From positions 18,538,001 through 18,602,000 of the forward strand of contig OZ024750.1 in the NCBI GenBank assembly GCA_964016885.1: a stretch of DNA of 64,000 nucleotides, read 5' to 3'. The stretch comes from Eledone cirrhosa (Eukaryota). Positions 13,951-26,881 of the stretch are shown in pieces. Position numbers and translations under genes: made by a program. The notes beneath the pieces were generated by a model. The model did not search any database. It was not told the origin of the DNA and saw nothing but the letters and a program-made list of their open reading frames with translations. Position 1 is the stretch's first letter, and each line of letters starts with the position of its first letter.

Positions 13951-14987
13951 ATACATGTGTGTATATAAATCTGCACATAAATACACACACACATACATAC
14001 ATACATATATATATATAGTTATGATGATGGTATAGAGTGTGTGCATGCAGTTTAATACAATCATATAAATCTAACATATACTGACATATACATGTCCACA
14101 GACAGACACACACACAAGCACAAATACATGCATACACACTCACAGAAATACATGTACAAAGATCTTAATAAGAGATAATTTAACAACACAGAAGACAAAC
14201 CATTATAGGATTTATAGAAAATGTCTAAAATATAATCTCTGGTTTTCTTCTGATTGGACACACAATGCCAACATCATGATCATGATCATTATTATCTCCA
14301 CCATCATCATCACCATCATCAATATAATCTTTGGTTTTCTTCTGAGCAGAGAATAGAAATAGTAATCACACACACACACACTATGCCACCATCATCATCA
14401 ATATAATCCCTGAATTTCTTGTGAGTAGAGAATGGAAATAGTCTTAGAACACACACTGTCATCACCATCACCACCACCACCACAACAACCGTCATCAAAA
14501 TTATGAATGTTTTTCTTTCAAGAAGCTCAAGCATTAGTATGGATTTTCTAAAGATGGATTATCATCACCATCACCATCCTCTCCAATGTCACCATCATCA
14601 TTTATACCTTATCTTGCCAACACACCACAACACCTAAAATGCATGGTGTCCTTTCTTCCTTCTCTACCACTACAGCTTCTGCTCTACTATACTAGCAAGT
14701 ACCTTGTGTACTCACCACTCCCACATCATCTCTACATTGTCTCTCTCCCCAACATACTACACCCACTGATATGTGGTGTCCTCGCTTTCCTCCTCTACCG
14801 CTACTACAGTAGCATCTGCTCTACTAGACCAGCAAATATCACACCGTCTATCCATCATAATTTTATACACCAGCACCTGCTCCACATCAGCCTACCTTTG
14901 TCTCTCTCATGAGACCCCTCCACTAAGTACTTCACTCAATAATTACAAACCGAGACTGTAAATCTCTAGAATTATTTAACAAACCAC

Positions 14988-15019
<32 letters not shown>

Positions 15020-16013
15020 CAGACATCACCAATAGAGTGTCTGAGAAAGGCATGAATGCCACTACAACTCCTCTGGCTAAATAATAGAAACCAAATTTAC
15101 TAAATGGGAAGAATAACTTGAGGCTTAATTCAAATATATAAATGGATCATCATCATTTTCATCATTTCATTTTATGTCCGCTTCTCCCTGCTTGCAAGGG
15201 TGGGACAGGAACTGATTCTAGCTTGATTTCTACAGCTGGATGCCCTTCCTAACACCAACCTCATTTACAGTGAGTGCTGGGTGCTTTTTTGCCGTGGCAC
15301 CTCCACGACCACTTTACAGTGGAATGATAGGGACCCCAGTCCCTATCATCTCATTTCTACAGCTGAGTAAACTGGAGCAATGTGAAATAAAGTGTCTTGC
15401 TCAAGGAAACAACACATCACTAAATATATTCAGTCACACACAAACACACACACACATATACAATATGTACAACAATTTACAACCATACACATATACTAAA
15501 GCATATATACAGATAATAGTTTATTATACAAAGTCTATATGAAGATATTGTCTTCCATCCTTCAGCATCTCGGTGTAAGTGAATACTGATGAAGAACAAC
15601 AACTCTGAAATACATGTAGACATCAATCTTTCCCTGATGAGGTGACTATGACATGATCAAAGCTTAAATATTCACATTGAGACTAAATCTGTTTATTATA
15701 CATAAACATATTGTATATGCTTCCAAATACGCCTCTATTCTGAATCACACTGTGTTAGTACCATCAATAATTAATTGTTTCTACTTTTGGCACAAAGCCA
15801 ACAATTACCCCAGTGCGTTACTGGTGCTTTATTTTATCGACCCTGTAAAGATGAAAGGCAAAGCTAACCTCGGCAGGATTTGAACTCAGAACGTAAAGGG
15901 CCATAACTATGTTGCAAAACACGGGTTTGACAATACTAGCTAGTTAAACCTGCACTGTAAATAAATAAGCTTTTACTAAGAATAGTTTCTTTACAAAATC
16001 TGAGCATAAGTAA

Positions 16014-16061
16014 GCGAATGCTGATGAACTGTAATGACAGTGAAATATATGTAACCATTGC
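16014..16061 (+). ncRNA. hammerhead ribozyme motif (intact core, slightly degenerate stem I)
   Basis: gcgaatg-CTGATGA-actgt(aatg)acagt-GAAA-t(atat)g-TA-accattgc: perfect 5-bp stem II; stem I aatg/catt is offset by 2 nt. Confidence 0.65.
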
Positions 16062-16704
16062 TTTTAGCTTGATGTTGAGGTAGCTGTGAGATAATCCCAG
16101 GTTAGAATACTCACAGCAAGACTCAATGTATGTTTATTATATTTATATAAACATATGTTATATGCATCCATATACTCCTTTATTCTGAATCACAGTGTTA
16201 GTGTAATTGCTAGCTGATATGTTCCATCATTTACAACCACATATTCACTTTCTCAAAGATGTTCTCTCTTGTGCCTTCAATCATACAGGTTCTTTCCCTT
16301 TAGCTCTAGGATTGATAAATGTAAACATTCACAACTGAAGTGTTTATGATACGGAGACCAGAAAGACTACATATCGGGGGAGTACTCGATGCATGTTTAA
16401 GTAGACAGTTGGTATAGCAATTAATAAAACCCCAATGAAAGACCCACTGCCAAAATTATAGTGTGGAGAAGGCCAACAATTTTTGGGGAGGGGAAAGTTG
16501 ACTAAATCAAATCCAGTGCATTACTGGTGCTTTATTTGTGTAAAGAGTTTTATTAAAAGCTACCACAATGCAAATGGTACATCAATTGTCAAAAATATTA
16601 TGATAAAGAAGTTGTGATGTTACAGAGCAGTTGTTTAATGGTCCTTATATTTCAAGATAAAATTCCTTCATAAAAACAATAATTGAGGAAACTGATTCAG
16701 AGCA

Positions 16705-16759
16705 GGATATCTTGTGTTGCTCTCTTAAAATGGCAGCTTAAGAGTGACACAAGATATCC
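16705..16759 (+). ncRNA. pre-miRNA-like hairpin (candidate)
   Basis: GGAUAUCUUGUGUUGCUCU pairs with AGAGUGACACAAGAUAUCC (19 bp including two G.U pairs); 55 nt in total. Confidence 0.35.
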
Positions 16760-16877
16760 ATTATAATTAATGTCCTATTTGCATTAAGGTAACCTTGTCT
16801 CTACCACACCACACCACACCACACCAACACCCACACAATCGTCGTTTTTACGTCTGCCTTTTCACACTATGCACACA

Positions 16878-16956
16878 TACAAGGTGTCCCAAAAATGTAT
16901 ACACATTTCAGAATTCTAATAAATATAGGTATACATTTTTTTAGGGGCCCCCTGTT
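16878..16956. mobile_element. tiny Tc1/mariner-like MITE; related copy at about 61505-61580
   Basis: ta-caaggtgtcccaaaaatgtatac ... gtatacatttttttaggggccccctg inverted ends. Confidence 0.5.
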
Positions 16957-18413
16957 TATGTGCATGTTTTTACATTACCGTTTCTTTAATACTATACTTT
17001 AGTTTTAGTAATATATTTTAATGCACGGATTCATTTCTTTGCATATTATTATTATCAAGAGTAGTATTTGAGTATATTTTTATAACAGAAATTATTTTTA
17101 TTATGCTTTTGTGAAATAAATCTCTTTAAAAAGGCTCGTTTTGTATATCACTTGAACATACACATGTGTGTATACATACAGGTATACACATTTATTTATA
17201 CATATATATATACATACATGTATATATACATACATATATATATACATACATGTATGTATGTATGAACACATACATACATACATTATATATATATACATAC
17301 ATATACATACATGTATTGATGTATGTATGTATGTATGAACACATACATACATACATTATATATATATACATACACACATGTATGTAGTTCAAGGAGACAA
17401 CACAGGTATAAAAAGTCTTAGTTTCACACATTTATTTATACATATACATGCATATATACATTCATGTATGTATGTATGTACACACACACACATATATATT
17501 ATATATATATAGATATATATATATATAGCACCAATCTATACCACCAAATGTTTCCACCATTCTATTCAATGTGAGTTTAACACAAAATCAATATGAACCA
17601 CTTTAATATATATCTTGTATATATAAAAACAGTTCAGTCACAATATGATCCACTTTGATATATACAATGTGTGTGTGTGTGCGTGCATGCACATGCCTAC
17701 ATGCATACATACATACATACATGCATGCATGCATGCATACATACATACATACAAATTCAATCATTAATAATATAGCAATACAACAAAAGACATTTCAACT
17801 CTAGGGAGAATTACAGGAGTATTGACTTTTTCTTCCTACAGTCTTTGTTTTCTACCAACTGTATTTTTATCTTGGCACTATCATTACCATATTTCTAATA
17901 AAAGACACAGTTAATGGTTTTAAAAAAAATTAATATAAGTTGGAACAATTGATCAATATAACTAACTTTATCATTATTAATTTTGTTTGGAACAAAGATT
18001 TTTACATAAAAGTATGGACAGTTTAACCCTTTTGTCACTATATTTCTAGTAGAAACTCTGCCTATGACTGCCAAAGAAAAAAAAAAAATTGAAAATAACA
18101 ATTTGGAGGGATTAACTAATATAACTAACTTTCTAATTATTAAGCTGGTATTTGGAACATAAAGGTCCTTACATAATATCATGATGTAAGGTTCTTAGAT
18201 AAATATAAACATTTTGGTCCTTTTGTTACTGTATTTCCAATGAAATATGGTTTTCAAATAATTTTAAAAATACTCAAGATAGCAGGATTTATTAATAACA
18301 CATTCTCATTATAAAGCTGTTTTAGAAATACAACTTAAATGTTTTTACATAAAATTACAATTTTGTATCAAAACTAGGTTAATCTATGACTGAAGTAGTT
18401 TCTATGTAGTCAC

Positions 18414-18633
18414 TTAACTCTTTAGCATTTAAACCGGCTGTATCCGCCTAGAACTCTCTCACTTCTTTCTGTTTAAACCGACCATAACCAGCTGCTCATA
18501 CTGACGTTAAGGTATTGTTCTCAAAATAAATATCAAAATCTTGTAGATTTGATATTATGTAAGATAATTATGTAAGCCTTTACTGTGAAAATACAATAGT
18601 AAACAAAGAGTAATGTAAATGCTAAAGGGTTAA
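18414..18633. mobile_element. piggyBac-type (TTAA) MITE; related copies at about 2232-2447, 32185-32404, 39257-39765, 55438-55663, 61965-62160
   Basis: ttaa-c(c/t)ctttagcattta ... taaatgctaaaggg-ttaa termini; the roughly 215-bp body is shared among copies. Confidence 0.75.
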
Positions 18634-18866
18634 CTTGATGGTGAGAGAGAGTGGTAAAGAAATGCCAAGAAATCTCAATGGAAGGGAATGAAACCAAGGA
18701 AGACCTGGATAGAGGCTGTCAAAGCTGATCTGAAATCACTGAACCTCAGAGTCGGGTTCACAAAAATGACTGAGATGAATGGGGAGTCGGAGGGCTAAAA
18801 TTCTGGGCAGATGGGTTTGGGTGTAGTGGTATAAACTCATTGAAGTACAGCTAAAAGTGTTTAAAC

Positions 18867-18927
<61 letters not shown>

Positions 18928-19388
18928 AAGGTGGGTTGGTGGTGGTTGCGTCAATGGTGAGGGTGGTGGTGATGGTGGCAGCAATGGTTGTGTCAGTGGT
19001 GGTGAAGTCAAGATGATCTACTTCCTGAAATTAGTTGCAATGTTTGGTGCATAGATTCCATGAATGCTTGCAGCTTACTTTTCTTTCAGTCAGGTGTGTT
19101 GTGTTACCTGCTTTGTTAATTATCTAGTCCACACAATTTGATTGATGATTGATATTTTCTCATTAACTCTTTAAATTACATCCTAGTGATTACTTTACAA
19201 ATATAAACAATGGGTGAACTGCTAGAGTCATTAGAGCGAGTCCAAAATACTTTGTGACATTTGTTCTAGCCCTTTCACTGCATTCTGAGTTCAAATTCTG
19301 CCAAGGTCGGCTTTTCATCTTTTTTAGGGTTGGAAAAATAAAATACCAGTTTAGGACTGAACAAAATACTTTGCTGTATTTGTTCCAT

Positions 19389-20006
19389 ATAGGCAGACCA
19401 CAAGCAATAGGATTAGATAGCATCCATATACTGTCTCACCCATGCTAGTGTGGAAAATAGATGTTAAACGATGATGAACCTCAGTTGGTGGAAATCGAAC
19501 CAGTGATAAATATTGTGAAGAGAAATGGAATGAGAGGAATAGTCAGTGATGAATTCTGTGAAGAGAAATGGAATGACTGTTCAGGAAAGATGAAAGGGAG
19601 TGGATGAGAGGAATGATTGAAATAAATGTAGAGGAAGGAGAAGACCAAGAAAGGCATGGCTGGGAATGATAGAGGAGGAAATGAAAGCCAAAGGGTTGGT
19701 TATGAACTAGAAAAAAAATACTACAAGGTATTTTGTCAACTGCCCTGGACTGGTGCTTTATTTTATTAACTCCCAGAAAAGTGGAAGATAAAGTTGACTT
19801 TGGCAGGATTCCATTTCTCTTCACAGAATTCATCACCGACTATTCCTCTCATTCCATCACTTTCCATTTCTCTTCACAATATTTATCACTGGTTCGATTT
19901 CCACCAACTGAGGTTCATCATCATCGTTTAACATCTATTTTCCACACTAGCATGGGTTAGACAGTATATGGATGCTATCCAATCCTATTGCTTCTGGTCT
20001 GCCTAT
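19389..20006. repeat. inverted duplication (arms 19389-19574 and 19808-20006)
   Basis: Arms of about 185-200 bp, nearly exact reverse complements, with a spacer of about 230 bp. Confidence 0.9.
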
Positions 20007-20330
20007 GAGTCTCCTACCGATTGGCTTTGCCTGGAAAATCTGTCCTGCGATTCTTTCCTTGGTCATTCTAACCACATTTCTGTAGTACCAGAGCTGTGAT
20101 TTCTTGATGCCGAGAAGTAGTGGCTCTGCCTGGAGCAATTCCCTGATCTCCGAGCTATCCATCCTATCAAATCACGTTACTCAAGAGACTCTTTGGTGGA
20201 ATCCCATTTCAGTCACTTGTATTCTTTTGGTCATTACCCAACATTCATAAACATAACTAAGGGCAGGCATGAATACAAACTGAAGATGGTGAGTTTGGCT
20301 TTTACAACTATCCCTTCTTTGTATTGAGAT
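19960..20330 (-). mobile_element. RTE-clade LINE fragment (C-terminal ORF region)
   Basis: LSYVYECWVMTKRIQVTEMGF..SSEIRELLQAEPLLLGIKKSQLWYYRNVVRMTKERIAGQIFQAKPIGRRLIGRP, with stops and frameshifts. Confidence 0.75.
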
Positions 20331-20658
20331 ATGCATGAGTATGTGTTTATCAGCAAACAAGTTATTGGGTTTCTTTGAAATCAAGGAACTAACACACCAC
20401 CATCACCAGCAGGGTGTTAGCAAATTAGATGTATATAAAAGTGTAACACTGAGAATAGGAAAAAAGCCAAGATATACCAAAATAATTCAAGTCACTTGAG
20501 GTCAATTAATTTATGAAAAACAAAATATTTTTTAATCTTTCAGATATACTCTTCTTAATTTTGAGGTGAAACATAATAAATACAGGCACACCCATGTATG
20601 TATGTCTGATAAATACATAAATGAATCAATACATGTATGCAAACATATATCCATGGAT

Positions 20659-20706
<48 letters not shown>

Positions 20707-20827
20707 TTATTTATTTATTTATTAAAATAACAGATTAAAGTTTAAGCAAAGAATCGCTGCTTTCACCCTTAACGGGATCTTCTGAAACTACCAAAGTCAA
20801 TCTGTGAATGTAGAATTAATATATATA

Positions 20828-21700
20828 TATATGCTGATGACCTAGTATTTATTGTTGAGAAAATTAAGAGAAATTCCAGCAGTAGAAACAAAACCTAGAA
20901 TCAAAAGACGTCAGTAAACTTAGCAAAGACTACATTTTTAGCAAGTAGGAAAGATGACAGGACTCAGCTAACACCAGGAAATAGTTGTGCCGAATATGTA
21001 GAAAATGAGAAGGTAGGAATTCCATATGGTAAACTCAATGTGTAAACTATGGAGGCATAAGATGTGTAGTAAGGTTGTAGGCAGGCTGACCAAGGAGGTA
21101 GACTCTTATCATCATCATCATCATCGTTTAACATCCATCTTCCAGAAACACAGGACTAGTCAGCAGTTAGAACACCAGTAAAATATATTTTTTCAATGCT
21201 CAGAAAGCTCAATAGAAGTAGTTTGATAGTTACTGTTACCTACTTAACCTAATCAGTCATGGAAGAGGGTGCTCTAAAAACATAGCCAACTTTACTAAAA
21301 TGTCATCATCCATATACATGACATTTCCATACCAGCACTTACATTACAAACATCTGATTCCTCTTAGTTTTTCTTTCAACTTTTGTGCTTCATTGTTCAT
21401 GTGTATTACTGCTTCACATCCAGCAGATCATGTTCATCTCATTTTTCTTCAGCTTTGGCATATACTCCACATTGAGTACCCACATTTCACAACCTTGCAT
21501 TTTCCACATAAGCATCATACAATTTTCCCTTTACTAAGAGAGAGAATCCTTTTGTGGCCAGCAGAGGTAACACCTATTTAAACTTGTTTTGCTCTGTTCT
21601 CACTTTGGCAACTATACTTGCAGAACAACCACTCCAAAAACTAATTTGGTCACCTAAGCAGCAAAAGCTATCAACTACTTCTAGTGAACCCTTTGAACAT
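20828..21700. mobile_element. degenerate RTE reverse-transcriptase fragments in both orientations
   Basis: YADDLVF on + at about 20830; EVVDSFCCLGDQIS..GCSASIVAKVR..KFK..LPLL.TKGFSL.VKGKLYDA on - at about 21500-21690. Confidence 0.6.
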
Positions 21701-22316
21701 TTGAAAAAAAAAAAAAAATTATTTCATGGTTACTCTTGAGTATACTGCTATATACCTGTGATTGGGTATAACACGTTCTTGTACTATCAATTACATAGGT
21801 TGGTGTTAGGAAGAGCATTCAGCTGTAGAAATCAAGCCAGAATCAGTTCCCGTCCCACCCTTGCAAGCAGAGAAAAGCGGACGTAAAATGAAATGATGAT
21901 GATGATTTCTCTATATTTACATTTCAATGAAAGAACTTCGATAGGCATATATATATATATATATACATATATATACATATATATATATTTATTTATTTAT
22001 ATCTATATTTTTAACCGTTGGTCAATCAATGATAAACATTGATTGCCAGCTAAACTATAGGGATATAAAATACACAGACGCGAAAACCAATCCAAATCAA
22101 ACAATGAGTGTATTTCTGGCAATATTATAATATGACTATCCCCAAATATAACAACATATTTACATATATATGACCCAAAGAAAAAACTTATCTCACTTCA
22201 CCTCAAGCTGACCAGCCTCTCCAGACTACTGATGCTAACCGAGATAAAGAGAACTTGCAGCCAAATGTCATTTCGGGGTCAGTATGTGCAAACTATTTCA
22301 TTGCACACACACACAC

Positions 22317-22360
<44 letters not shown>

Positions 22361-22857
22361 CATCATCGTTTTACATCCATTTTTCCATGCTAGACAAGTT
22401 GTCCTGTTGTGGTCAATGCTAGGTTAGGTGACCATGTCATGCACATACAGAACTGATTTTGGCTTGGTTTCTACAGCTGGATGCCCTTCCTAACACCAAC
22501 CTCATTTACAGTGATTACTGGGTGCTTTTTGTCGTGTCACCGACTCAACCACTTTATATATATGTATATATATTTATATAAAGTGGTTATATATATATAA
22601 ACTTAAATTTACCTTCCTAACAACTCATCTTCGATCGATCCTTAAGACCTTCACAGGGATACTCCCTTGATGATGGGTTTTTAAACCTGAAAATATTTGG
22701 GATTATTAAATTTGCTCAGGTAAGATTCTATTGTTATCTTGGCATCTTTAATTTTCTAATGCATTGTATGGTTTTCAAAATTATTAAAATTTATACTTCC
22801 TATTCAACAATGCTTCAAGCAAACTACAACACTTTTTTATATATATATATATATATA

Positions 22858-22933
<76 letters not shown>

Positions 22934-22936
<3 letters not shown>

Positions 22937-23148
22937 AAGTAGGACCCCGACAGCTGAGCTCAAGCCGTTTCGACGGCTAATTCTGGACTAAAAAAAAAAA
23001 TTTTTTTAGTCCAGAATTAGTCGTCGAAACGGCTTGAGCTCAGCTGTCGGGGTCCTACTTGTTCCTATTACCCACTCCACTACCCTAAGTATTGAGTACT
23101 TTGGTGCGTTATGGTCCATCTGGTTCCTTACCACATTTCCTTCGTTAT
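22934..23148 (+). mobile_element. fold-back (palindromic) Penelope-like terminus with the 3' half of a hammerhead
   Basis: About 60-bp inverted arms at 22934-23063 containing GAAAC-ggct(tgagctc)agct-GTC, followed by a shared tail (gtattgagtactttggtgcgttatgg); flanked by (TA)n. Confidence 0.65.
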
Positions 23149-23154
23149 ATAGAT

Positions 23155-23325
23155 ATATAATGGCTAAGTGATGAGCCTTGTTACTCTGGAGTCTCACCTG
23201 TGCATTGGCAAGACTGTCTTGCCTGATGATTCTGCAAATGCGCAGGTCAAATGACAGAGTAACAAGGCTTAGCCATTAAATGAATATTCAAAGTTTAATT
23301 CGGTATTGAGTACTTTTTCCTCATG
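23155..23325 (+). mobile_element. inverted pair of degenerate hammerhead-bearing Penelope-like termini
   Basis: cttgc-CTGATGA-ttctgc..gcaggt-(c)AAA..gag-TA-acaagg with an inverted copy at 23159-23205; tail cggtattgagtact. Confidence 0.55.
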
Positions 23326-24769
23326 TCTGTTAATAACACACGCGTGTGTGTGTTTGTGTGTGCGTGTGTATATACACATACATATCAATTTAACCAGTTC
23401 TCCCCAGCACCCTTCTACCTCCTCTACACATCACCCATGGGTCAGACGCTATCCTTTGCAGCAATGAGTTACGGCCCTTTATGGTCTGAGTTCAAATCCC
23501 GCCGAGGCTAACTTTGCCTTTCATCCTTACGGGGTCGATAACATAAAGTACCAGTAATACACTGGATAATTGCTGGCCTTGTGCCAAAAGTATAAACAAT
23601 TATTAATGCCGCTCTCAACCGCCATTCCCTCTTCACTCGCAATCCCAACTGAGAATCTTCACTGACATTTACCTATCACCCGAGTCTATATTCAATACTA
23701 TCCGCTCCATTACCAACCAACACTTTCTTCGCTACTGCCCCTCCTCGAGAGACTTTTAGCTGTCATTCACCACTCGCCATTACACATACATTATACGCGT
23801 GCGCATACACACAGACACGCACACATATCTTGTATTCATACATACGTATATATACATTCATACAAGATTGTCAACTAAACTGAAAATACCGAGTGAAAAA
23901 AAAATTCATGAAGAAATGCGAGTAAATGATGAAAGGTCTGGGGAAAAATTAGCATGACTTACAATAACTTTTATAGTTTTTGCTACTTTTGACTAAGTTT
24001 GTATATTGCCGTATTTAAAACGTATTATACACACTTCTATTATATTATAGTTTACTGAAATTTTCCGGTATTTTAGAATTTTATTCTGTTCAACTATAGA
24101 TGCAATGACCCTTTGCCGCAGCATCCAGGTTGTAGGAAGAAACAAAATAGTCATAAACTGTAGCGTCCCAGATAAGACCTCTACTTCTTAACCATAAGCA
24201 AAAGCCTGTTTAATTCTGCTGGCTCCATAATTGTGGGGATACTGGCTCAAAACCAGGGCTCGCTTAATAATTAAGGTTCATTCAGCTCGGGTATGGCGAG
24301 CAACGCGACTCGCGTTCATACTACAAGACAATACATGAAGTCCTATGTAGTCAACGGGAGGCTTGTCACAACGACAGCTTAATAATAAGGAAATTAGTTA
24401 TATAAATAAATCCCTTCAAATTCTCGATAATTTTAAAAATTATTTGAAAACCAGACAGTAATCTTGCATTCGGAATGTGGTAATATAAAGGGGCTTTGTT
24501 ACAACATTTAAGTAAAATACATACATAGCTTCGAAAAACATCTATTCAAGTCTGAATAATATATAAACAGTACAGACATAAAAAGTAATAACAAAACAAT
24601 AGAGCAGCTAATATTGATTTATATGTTGTTGTTTTTTCCTTGCAGAAAATAACATTTTTTCCTTACAAAGTGACGTGGTATAATTATATGAAACAACACA
24701 CAAATATATATATATATGTGTGTGCACACGCCTAAAACAATACATGTATATATATCAAACACGCCTATA

Positions 24770-24800
<31 letters not shown>

Positions 24801-25706
24801 CTCCTATAACATACAAATATATACATACACACGTATAACATAAAACAAACATCTATAATATATATATACAAACCTATTAGCTTTACCCTCTTCGACATCA
24901 GCCGACGACGATGATGTACCAGCTTCGTTCATGTTTGTTTATTTGTATTAAAAATATATAATGTTTCCGCAATATTTTGGTGGGTGTATGTTATGGTGTG
25001 TAAATTTCACCACATATATTTGTCTTGTTCTGCTTCTTCCTGTTAGGTTTTCCCCTTGCAATATAATTCCACCCGTCTTTTTTGTTTTCCAGGCCAGTAT
25101 ATGCAAAATGATTCTGTTCGTCTTGTTGTCCAGGCAAGGCCAGTATAGAATATGATGCCCGACAGTTAAGCTTACACCGTTTCGATGGGAAATTAATCGG
25201 TTAAACCTATCCAATAGTAATATCTACACTCTGTTTTCATTGGGTATGGAGTACCAACTTGAATAACGGTCTTACTAGTCTGAACTAGTAACATCTCATC
25301 CATGTATGTTTCCCTGTTGCAAAATAACTCCGTTCGTTTCCTTCTTGTCCAAGCCAGGCCAGTATGTATATACGTAACTCAGGGCTTGATAGTCATCTAG
25401 GGGTCCAAGACAGAAAATCTGACATCTGATACAGACTGATGACTGCGATAAGAAAGTGGTATTGCTCTGATTCGAGTCGGCGACCACCACTATATGTTTG
25501 TGTATATTCGATAGGAGATGATAGACGGAAAGAAATAGTGATGTTAATGTAGTGTTGGTGGTGTTATATATGTGTTTGCGATTTAACACGCACTGACTAT
25601 GTAGGAGAAAAGGAAGAAGAAGAAACATTAACTACAGAGCTATCAGTGTCTATTACAACCATCACTCCACACCCTCATTGTTGCCAGCCTTTTCACATGG
25701 GACATA

Positions 25707-25724
25707 CAACGCCCCCTGCTGGCT
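25707..25724 (-). promoter_or_regulatory. CTCF-like motif (GCCAGCAGGGGGCGTT)
   Basis: Close match to the CCASYAGRKGGCR consensus in a CpG-rich unique region. Confidence 0.5.
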
Positions 25725-26515
25725 GTCTACAACACTAAATAAACCGCGCCGTTTTTTTTTGTGACAATTTTCTAGTTTTTGTTTTTGTTTTTGTTTTTGT
25801 TTTATTATTAATGTTACCTCCTTGTTGTGTTATTGTTGATGTTTCCACCTCACTCCCAGTGCCGGATTAAGTTAGTGCGCGCTCTTTAGCATATACTGTA
25901 AGGAAAAGAAAAGGAAAGGGTTCTTAACTCTTCATAGAATCGTATGCCCATCGTCCTAACGCATGGTGTGATCTTGAGCATTTCAAACCCGATGGAGCCC
26001 ATCTTTATCCAGGTCGGAGCACAACCACTTTCTTCTAGTCAAAGAAAAAGATAGAGGAAGAACTGACCCCAGTACTGGACTGGTACTTTATTTATCGAGG
26101 ATGAAATACAAAGTTGACCTCGGTGGAATTTGAACTCAGAACGTAGTCAACCGGAACAAATAACGAGATATAATCCGACACCGTAACGGCTAACTACCAA
26201 TTCGCCGACTCCCATTATAAACGCACCCTAATATATATATTTACTTTAGTGTGACATAAAGATTAAAGGCAGAATAGTACTATAAAACATTTAGCTCGTG
26301 ACCCCTGAAAATTCAGGGTCCTTAGTAAATGTTACTTTAGCTACTAGGTTAATCCGGCATTGTTACTATTTCTACTAGGTTAATCTGGCATTGCACAACC
26401 TCCACCAACTCCGTCACGTACTGTCTCAACGTACTCACACCCGCCTCGTGTTGTTCTAACTGTTATTGTTGGAAGTGGTTATGTTGTGTTTTGTTTTCTT
26501 TGGTAAATTTTGAGA

Positions 26516-26558
<43 letters not shown>

Positions 26559-26881
26559 CTCTTTCTTTCTTTACGTTATTGATGCTCTCGCATCACCTCC
26601 TACTGTCTAGTTCCTGTCTCGTACTTACCCTCGCCCTCTGCAACGAACATGAATATATATTAAATATAATATAGTGATAAGACAGTAAGCAAACACACAC
26701 ACACGTACACCAGGTCCAAATACAGAGGTGCCAAACTCCCACTGTCATCGCCTCCATCTCTCTCGCACTCCCCATCTCTCACTATTATGAGCAAATGGGG
26801 TCCCACGTGCTGGCCAACCCCGAGGCCCCGGCAGACAGAATGGAGAAGGCGTTTCCTCCCAGAGGATGGTAAGGAAGATGC

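Noticed and set aside
22195-22282. + strand peptide with a KEN-box-like DKENLQP before a GTCAGT donor
   Set aside because: No convincing acceptor or partner exons.
24885-24933. Minus-strand MNEAGTSSSSADVEEG as a first exon
   Set aside because: Weak donor, and splicing to the nearest clear exon (22613-22686) hits a stop in every frame; at most a uORF.
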